DNA of 32,000 bases from the NCBI RefSeq assembly GCF_036323395.1, contig NZ_AP028907.1, positions 120,001 to 152,000 on the forward strand, read 5' to 3'. The translations under genes and the position numbers were made by a program. Of this stretch, positions 26,217 to 32,000 are shown piece by piece. Source of the stretch: Pyrodictium abyssi (GTDB lineage: Archaea > Thermoproteota > Thermoprotei_A > Sulfolobales > Pyrodictiaceae). Every line of letters begins with the position of its first letter. Position 1 is the first letter of the stretch. The notes beneath the pieces are model-generated. The model had not been told where the DNA came from and did no database searches. It saw nothing but the letters and a program-made list of their open reading frames with translations.

Positions 26217-28019
26217 ATGACCGCCTCAACACACAAGTCGTCAGAAGCTCCTGGCCAGCTCCCATCAAGCGAAGAAGTGTTTAAGACGTTCATAGAGGCC
26301 AAGATATGGACCCGCTTCTATGACGAGTACGTCCCCCGCGAGATCAAGATCCCCGAGATACCGCTCTTCAAACTTCTTGACGACGCTGCCGCGGGGTTTC
26401 CGCGGCGTACCGCGTTCATATTCTTCGGGCGCCGTGTATCGTACGAGGAGTTCCAGCGTTCAGCTAACAGCTTCGCACGCGCCCTACGAGAAAACTGGGG
26501 CATCGACCGCGGCGATCGCGTTGCATTATTCCTTCCCAACTCGCCACAATTCGCTATAGCTTTCTATGGAGCCCTAAAGGCGGGTGCTACTGTTACTCCG
26601 GTCAACCCGCTGTATACCGGCTTTGAGCTTGCACGTCAGATACGCAAGAGCCGTGCCAGAATCCTGGTAGCCCTGGACATGTTTAAGGAGAAGGTAGAGG
26701 AAGCCATAAACGAGCATGGAGCACAGCTAGATGCCGTCATCTACACTGGCATAGACGACTACCTACCCTCCCTCCTCGGCATACTCTATAGGCTTAAGGA
26801 GAAGAAGCCGAAGATACGCTACGACGGCAAAAGAATCGTTAAGTTCAAGGACCTTGTCAAGAGCTATGAGCCGCAGCCGCCCAGCGTCAAGATAGACCCG
26901 AAGGAGGATCTTGCAGCGCTAATGTTTACCGGCGGCACAACCGGCCTCCCTAAGGGCACCATGCTGACGCACTACAACCTTGTGGCCAATGTGCACCAGA
27001 TAGACGCGTGGTGGCACACGGGTAGGAAAGGAGAGGACGTTATGGTGGGCGTGCTTCCCTGGTTCCACATCTACGGGCAGACCGCCGTGCTGCACACGGG
27101 TGTATTCCGCGCCGCCACTATCCTGGTCTACCCGAGGTTCGACCTTGACAGGATACTGAAGGACATAGAGAAGTACAAGCCAAACATATTCCATGGCGTC
27201 CCGACGATATACTCCAAGATAGTGAGCCGGCCAGACATAACAAAGTACAACCTGCGGAGCATAGAGGTGTGTATAAGCGGTGCCGGCGCATTACCAAAGG
27301 CCGTCGCGGAGAAGTTCGAGAAGCTTACGGGCGCTAAGCTTCGCGAGGGCTACGGGCTAACAGAGACAAGCCCCGTGACACACATCAACCCGATATACGG
27401 GAAGCACAAGATAGGCAGTATAGGTGTGCCCGTACCGAATACCTTGGCAGCTATCGCGGACCCCGAGAAGCCGGTACTACTCCCACCAGGCGAGATAGGC
27501 GAGATAGTGATCAGCGGCCCCCAGGTCATGAAGGGCTACCTGGACATGGACGAGGAGAACAAGCGCGTGTTCTTCGAGTGCTGTGGCCGCCGCTGGCTAC
27601 GCACCGGCGACATAGGCTACATGGACGAGGAAGGCTTCTTCTTCATAGTGGATAGGAAGAAGGATGTGATCAAGTACAAGGGCTACAGCGTATACCCGAG
27701 AGAGATCGAGGAGGTACTATACATGCACGACTGTGTGACCGACGCCGCAGTGATAGGTGTACCACACCCGCACGTAGGCGAGAGAATCAAAGCGTTCGTC
27801 ACGCTAAAGCCAGAGTGCAGGGGGAGGATAAAGCCCGAGGACATAATAGAGTTCGCACGCAAGCATCTAGCGCCGTATAAGGTGCCCAAGGAGGTAGAGA
27901 TACGCGAGGAGCTGCCCAAGAGCGCGGTCGGAAAAATACTCCGCCGTATACTACGCGAGGAGGAGCTGAAGAAGCTACAGGCGAGCGAGCCACGCCACAC
28001 AGGGGCCAGGCAGCCCTGA
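26217..28019 (+). CDS. Long-chain fatty-acid-CoA ligase (AMP-forming)
   Basis: AALMFTGGTTGLPKGTMLTHYNLV, GYGLTETSPVTHINP, WLRTGDIGYMDEEGFFFIVDRKKDVIKYKGYSVYP, PKSAVGKILRR. ORF starts at 26052; Met at 26217 suits the family N-terminus better, but the extension cannot be excluded. Confidence 0.93.
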   Translation: MTASTHKSSEAPGQLPSSEEVFKTFIEAKIWTRFYDEYVPREIKIPEIPLFKLLDDAAAGFPRRTAFIFFGRRVSYEEFQRSANSFARALRENWGIDRGDRVALFLPNSPQFAIAFYGALKAGATVTPVNPLYTGFELARQIRKSRARILVALDMFKEKVEEAINEHGAQLDAVIYTGIDDYLPSLLGILYRLKEKKPKIRYDGKRIVKFKDLVKSYEPQPPSVKIDPKEDLAALMFTGGTTGLPKGTMLTHYNLVANVHQIDAWWHTGRKGEDVMVGVLPWFHIYGQTAVLHTGVFRAATILVYPRFDLDRILKDIEKYKPNIFHGVPTIYSKIVSRPDITKYNLRSIEVCISGAGALPKAVAEKFEKLTGAKLREGYGLTETSPVTHINPIYGKHKIGSIGVPVPNTLAAIADPEKPVLLPPGEIGEIVISGPQVMKGYLDMDEENKRVFFECCGRRWLRTGDIGYMDEEGFFFIVDRKKDVIKYKGYSVYPREIEEVLYMHDCVTDAAVIGVPHPHVGERIKAFVTLKPECRGRIKPEDIIEFARKHLAPYKVPKEVEIREELPKSAVGKILRRILREEELKKLQASEPRHTGARQP

Positions 28020-28260
28020 CCCCCGATGAGGCTCTATGCCTTGTTTCTGGGCCTCTTTCCCTGCCGATCGGTCATCACATACATCGTTGCATACACCTCT
28101 TAACCCCAGGGCACTAGTTGCTGGCAGCAATTAGCCCCCAGGCTTGGCCTTAGTGGTTGTTTGGGTACCCTTAGTCCACGTCTCCGTAGAATTGGGGACG
28201 AGGGTGCATAGAAGGATGCAAAACTAGATGAGGCCAGGAATAGGGGTAGAGGGTAGAACG

Positions 28261-29190
28261 TTACTTGCCTAGTTTCTCGCGTAGCTTCTTTATCAGTATC
28301 GGTAGGAACTTGTAGAGGTCTGCTACAACGCCGTAGTCGGCGTACTGGAATATTGGCGCATTCTTATCCTTGTTGATTGCCACTATTATCTTGCTGTCTA
28401 GTGTAGCCGCCATGTGCTGTGACGCGCCGGAGATGCCTATTGCTATGTATAGTTTTGGCTTTATCTTCTTACCTGATATCCCTATCCATCTATCCTCGCT
28501 GAGCCAGCCGTAGTCGGCGACTACGGGCCTGGAGCCGCCCACTACGCCGCCGAGTATCTGGGCTAGCTCCTCCGCCATAGCTAGGTCCTCCTTCTTGCGG
28601 AAGCCGCGGCCGACGCCCACAACTACCTCCGCCGCCTCTATGTTCACTGCTTCGTGCTTCTTTGGCTCTACAGCTGTTACCTTTATCCTGGGCTCCGGGG
28701 CCTCTATCTCGACAGTCTCTGCGCCTGTGTCGCCAGAGTAGCTGTATACCCCTGCAGGTATTGCCACTATTGCTGGTAGCTGTGAGGATATCCGCGCTAT
28801 AGCGCGGCCGCCCAGCACTTGGCGCTTCACTGTTATCTTGTCTTCGGCGAGCTCTACTACCGTGGCCTCTGTGAACATTGGGATCTTCTTCCATGCTGCC
28901 AGCCTCGCACCTGCGTCAACATTGTTCTTGGCTGCTACTGCTGCGACTAGGCTTGGCCGTAGCTCGTCGTAGAGCTTTACTAGTGTTTCTGCTAGCTGGT
29001 CAGGTGTAGGCTTCTCTGCTGCTGCCACGTAGACGCGCTTGAATGCCTTGAAGCTGTTCTTCTTGACCTCATCTGGGCTCCCGAAGACTAGTACATAGGC
29101 CTCTAGGCCATGCTTCTCAGCGAACCCGGCTAGCTCGGGTAGCTGGCTAGGCTTCTCCGCGTAGAGGAGAGCGCGCATCATCGCGGACAC
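28261..29190 (-). CDS. etfA: Electron transfer flavoprotein alpha subunit
   Basis: VVGVGRGFRKKEDLAMAEELAQILGGVVGGSRPVVADYGWLSEDRWIGISGKKIKPKLYIAIGISGASQHMAATLDSKIIVAINKDKNAPIFQYADYGVVADLY. Confidence 0.95.
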   Translation of the reverse strand: MSAMMRALLYAEKPSQLPELAGFAEKHGLEAYVLVFGSPDEVKKNSFKAFKRVYVAAAEKPTPDQLAETLVKLYDELRPSLVAAVAAKNNVDAGARLAAWKKIPMFTEATVVELAEDKITVKRQVLGGRAIARISSQLPAIVAIPAGVYSYSGDTGAETVEIEAPEPRIKVTAVEPKKHEAVNIEAAEVVVGVGRGFRKKEDLAMAEELAQILGGVVGGSRPVVADYGWLSEDRWIGISGKKIKPKLYIAIGISGASQHMAATLDSKIIVAINKDKNAPIFQYADYGVVADLYKFLPILIKKLREKLGK

Positions 29191-29197
29191 CAGCCCT

Positions 29198-30016
29198 CTA
29201 GGCCTTTATGACACCCTCCTTTATGAGGGCGTCTATGAGCTTCTCGGCTATCTCCTCTAGGCTCTCGCCCTCTATTATGATGTTCTTGCGCTGGACAGCC
29301 ACGACGCGTAGCTCTTCTAGGCTAGGCTTGCCCGGCAGCTCGGCGCCGATGTCGGCGAGGCTGTACTTCTTGACTGGCTTGCGGAAGGCGCGGCGTATCT
29401 GTATGAGGGTTGGTATACGTGGCTTGTTTATCTCGCCCGTCACGCTCACTACAGCAGGCGTTGCGGCCTCGACGGTCTCTAGCCGGTCCTCTAGGTCGCG
29501 CTTAACCTTGACGACGCCGTCAGCATACTCGAGCTCTCTAGCATAGCTGATGAACGGTATTCCTAGTATTGCCGCTACCCGGGCACCGACCTGCGAGGAC
29601 ATCATGTCCATCGCGGCTTCGCCGGTTAGGTATAGGTCGAAGCCGCCGAGCTTCTGGAGCAGGGATGCAAGGGCTGCAGCAGTAGCGCCTGGGTCGCCTG
29701 GTATAAGAGCCTCGTCAACTATAACATGGGCCTCGTCTGCGCCCATTGCGAGTGCTTCACGTACTACTTGCTCGATTTCGCGGCTCCTCTTGGCGAGTGG
29801 GCCCCAGGTGAGGGCCGACACCACTACCACTTTTCCTCCATGCTTATCACGTAGCTGTATAGCCGCCTCTACTGCGTTCTTGTCGTACTCGCTTATAGCT
29901 AGGGGCGTATTGTCTACGTCTACTTCCCTGCTGGCCTTAGACCTTAGCATGTTTGGGTCGAGGGACGCCTTGACGAGGACAGCTATGTTGAGCGGCAAGG
30001 GGTTGTCTACCTCCAC
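29198..30016 (-). CDS. etfB: Electron transfer flavoprotein beta subunit
   Basis: NIAVLVKASLDPN...SEYDKNAVEAAIQLRDKHGGKVVVVSALTWGP...REALAMGADEAHVIVDEA...DATAAALASLLQKLGGFDLYLTGEAAMD...; adjacent to etfA. Confidence 0.95.
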   Translation of the reverse strand: MEVDNPLPLNIAVLVKASLDPNMLRSKASREVDVDNTPLAISEYDKNAVEAAIQLRDKHGGKVVVVSALTWGPLAKRSREIEQVVREALAMGADEAHVIVDEALIPGDPGATAAALASLLQKLGGFDLYLTGEAAMDMMSSQVGARVAAILGIPFISYARELEYADGVVKVKRDLEDRLETVEAATPAVVSVTGEINKPRIPTLIQIRRAFRKPVKKYSLADIGAELPGKPSLEELRVVAVQRKNIIIEGESLEEIAEKLIDALIKEGVIKA

Positions 30017-30139
30017 ACCCCCTAAGACCTTGGAGCTGTTCTGGACTATCTATGTAGCTGAATTGGGTAGTAACGCAGCGGTTTCTGTGGCCAAGCGGGC
30101 ACCCCGGCACAGGGAGCAAAAAGACTTGTGCTATAGGGC

Positions 30140-32000
30140 TTAGCTCTTCTTCTCGCCTAGGCTCTCAGCGAGCAATTCGGCTATATCCTTCACCTCTACC
30201 TCGTAGTCTGGGGCCTCCGCTGAGAGCATCGTGTTGCAGAACGGGCACGCTACTGCTACTACCCGTGCTCCCGTGGACACAGCCTCCTCCATGCGGACGC
30301 GGCTCGGGCGCTTGCCTATCTTTATGTCGTAGAATACCCCGCCACCGCCGCCGCCGCAGCAGAAGCTCCTCCACCGGTTCCTCGGCATCTCAGCGACCTC
30401 CTCTACTGCCGCTGAGAGCACCTTCCTGGGCTCCTCGTAGAGGCCGTTCCAGCGGCCAAGGTAGCAAGGATCGTGGTAAGTGGCCTTCAGCTTTAGCCTA
30501 GCCTTCGGCTTCACCCTACCCTCCTCTACTAGGCGTGCTAGCAGCACTGAGTGATGGACTACATCCACCTTTACACCGTACCTCGGGTACTCGCGGCTGA
30601 ACACGTTAAAGCCGTGGGGGCACGTCACTAGCAGCTGCCTGAACCGTAGGCGGGATAGTAGCTCGGTGTTCTGCTTTACGAACTCGGCGAACATCAGCTC
30701 GTCGCCGATGCGGCGGGCTGGCTCGCCGCAGCACTGCTGCTCCAGGGAGACTGCTACCCTCAGCCCTGCGCTCTTTAGTACCCGGAGGAGCGCCTCTACT
30801 GTGCCGCGTAGCCTAGGATCGTAGGCCGCGGCGCAGCCGACCCAGAGGAGGTAGTCGTACTCCTCGCCCTCGCGGGCCTCCTCTACGAGTCCCTGCTCTA
30901 TTAGGCTGCTTAGCCACTCTTCCTTCTCTAACGGGTTAGCGCCGTAGGGGTTCCCGCTGCGCATTAGGTTGTAGCTTACCTGTAGCAGCTCGTCGGGCAC
31001 GTGCTCGCCGCGCGATACTAGGCCGCGGCGTAGGTCTAGCACAGTCTCGACGTGGTGTATAAGCACGGGGCAGTTGTATACGCACGCGCCGCAGGTGACA
31101 CAGCTCCACACTACGTCCGGCTCTACTATTAATGGTACCAGCTCCTCGTCCCACTTACCCTGCCTCATAGCCTCCCGGAGCTTTAGCACGAGATTCATCG
31201 GCGATAGTGGCCTACCGGTGGCCACTGCAGGGCACGCATTGTGGCACCGCGCGCAGCGGGTACACGCGTCGTAGTCCATCCGCTGTTTCCACGAGGTATC
31301 CATCAGTGTTACTACTCCGAAGGTTTTGCCCTCCTCGACTAGCTTCTCAACGTCCGGCACTGGCTTGAAGGCTGCTGGGTGCTCCAGCCTAGCGTAGAAT
31401 GTGTTGAAGAACCCGCTGACGATTATGTGGGCTAGCTTCGTGCCAGGTATGGTTACCAGCAGCAATACGCTGATGACGAGATGCACTACGCGCACTATGC
31501 TGTAGAGCGCGAGGAACCCGGCCGGAGTCAGGCCCTCGAGTAGCGGCGATAGAAGTCTACCGGAGACATCCCACCACGGTATCCCGGCTGGTAGGTGAGC
31601 AGTAGCGGTGGCTGCGTCCAGCACCGCGCCGGTGACCACCACTGCTGCCAGCCATAGGAGCACCAGCTTGTCCTCAGGGCGTGACGGTAGGCCCGGTGTA
31701 AGCCCAGCTGCACGCCTAGCCCCCGCGGCCACTATGCCGGCTAGCAGTAGTATTCCGCCAATGTTTACAAGCACGCGGAATACCGTGAACACGTCTCCGC
31801 TAGGATACCTCGTAGCGGGCGCGTCAAGGATGTAGATTACTCCGGCCGCTGAGAGGAGCACCGCGCCCAGGTATATCAGGAGGTGTACCGCTCCTCCACG
31901 CTTATCGCGTAGAACACGTGCCTGGAGAACACCGGCCACTACGAAGTTCCTCAGACGCGTGGCTAACGCGTCAAGGGACAGTCTTTGCCCGCCATGTGTC
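30140..32000 (-). CDS. Membrane-bound HdrD/GlpC-like Fe-S oxidoreductase with N-terminal NarI-like transmembrane region (5' end beyond window)
   Basis: Two 4Fe-4S motifs (CTRCARCHNACP, CVTCGACVYNCP), two cysteine-rich CCG domains (EQQCCGEPARRIGDE; FCCGGGGGGVFYD), several TM segments upstream. The track's start at 31939 is a GTG, but the same frame stays open to the window edge (...HGGQRLSLDALATRLRNFVVAGV), so the CDS is probably truncated here. Confidence 0.88.
   Translation of the reverse strand, partial: THGGQRLSLDALATRLRNFVVAGVLQARVLRDKRGGAVHLLIYLGAVLLSAAGVIYILDAPATRYPSGDVFTVFRVLVNIGGILLLAGIVAAGARRAAGLTPGLPSRPEDKLVLLWLAAVVVTGAVLDAATATAHLPAGIPWWDVSGRLLSPLLEGLTPAGFLALYSIVRVVHLVISVLLLVTIPGTKLAHIIVSGFFNTFYARLEHPAAFKPVPDVEKLVEEGKTFGVVTLMDTSWKQRMDYDACTRCARCHNACPAVATGRPLSPMNLVLKLREAMRQGKWDEELVPLIVEPDVVWSCVTCGACVYNCPVLIHHVETVLDLRRGLVSRGEHVPDELLQVSYNLMRSGNPYGANPLEKEEWLSSLIEQGLVEEAREGEEYDYLLWVGCAAAYDPRLRGTVEALLRVLKSAGLRVAVSLEQQCCGEPARRIGDELMFAEFVKQNTELLSRLRFRQLLVTCPHGFNVFSREYPRYGVKVDVVHHSVLLARLVEEGRVKPKARLKLKATYHDPCYLGRWNGLYEEPRKVLSAAVEEVAEMPRNRWRSFCCGGGGGGVFYDIKIGKRPSRVRMEEAVSTGARVVAVACPFCNTMLSAEAPDYEVEVKDIAELLAESLGEKKS

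Noticed and set aside
28072-28078. Minus-strand GTGATGA resembling a C box of a C/D sRNA in the 28.02-28.26 kb gap
   Set aside because: No CTGA D box was found at a suitable distance on the same strand, so there is no support for an sRNA.
28020-28260. 240-bp intergenic gap between acyl-CoA ligase and etfA as a hidden gene
   Set aside because: Contains no sizable ORF or strong dyad; convergent gene ends make it an ordinary termination region.
28490-28894. 134-aa plus-strand ORF opposite etfA
   Set aside because: Lies wholly antisense to a well-supported ETF alpha gene; low-complexity Arg/Gly-rich translation typical of GC-rich shadow frames.
1-32000. CRISPR array, tRNA, rRNA or transposase genes
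   Set aside because: No regularly spaced repeats, no recognisable tRNA arm patterns and no transposase/integrase motifs were seen while reading both strands; a tRNAscan/CRISPR tool run would be decisive.

Overview
The window is densely coding, GC-rich archaeal DNA. By gene content and promoter style it most resembles a hyperthermophilic crenarchaeon of the Pyrodictiaceae/Desulfurococcales type (inference, no database search). From left to right it holds: a hemerythrin-domain protein; the hydrogenase-maturation operon hypD-hypC-hypE-hypF on the minus strand, without structural hydrogenase genes; an MBL-fold hydrolase and a LysE-like transporter; pdxS/pdxT; a CBS-domain plus Lrp/AsnC ligand-binding protein with no DNA-binding domain; a BadF-type kinase facing an M55 peptidase; a single-chain HepT(HEPN)-MntA(nucleotidyltransferase) fusion; a CaCA-type antiporter; and a decayed accessory pocket at 16.5-18.0 kb with a truncated archaeal ATPase and a frameshifted nucleotidyltransferase. 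These are followed by a secreted protein next to an ArsA/Get3-like ATPase. The last 12 kb is a beta-oxidation locus: fused HCDH-ECH, acyl-CoA dehydrogenase, DUF35/thiolase pair, SCP2 protein, acyl-CoA synthetase, ETF alpha/beta, and a membrane HdrD-like Fe-S oxidoreductase that runs off the right edge. The observations most worth follow-up are the HEPN-MNT fusion with an exact RX4HXY motif, perfect DNA dyads next to the TATA boxes of the hypD and antiporter promoters, the double-frameshift nucleotidyltransferase coupled to an unknown 116-aa protein, and the ETF-linked membrane HdrD-like protein. I found no CRISPR array, tRNA, rRNA or transposase. I cannot claim a clearly new defence or mobile system from sequence alone.
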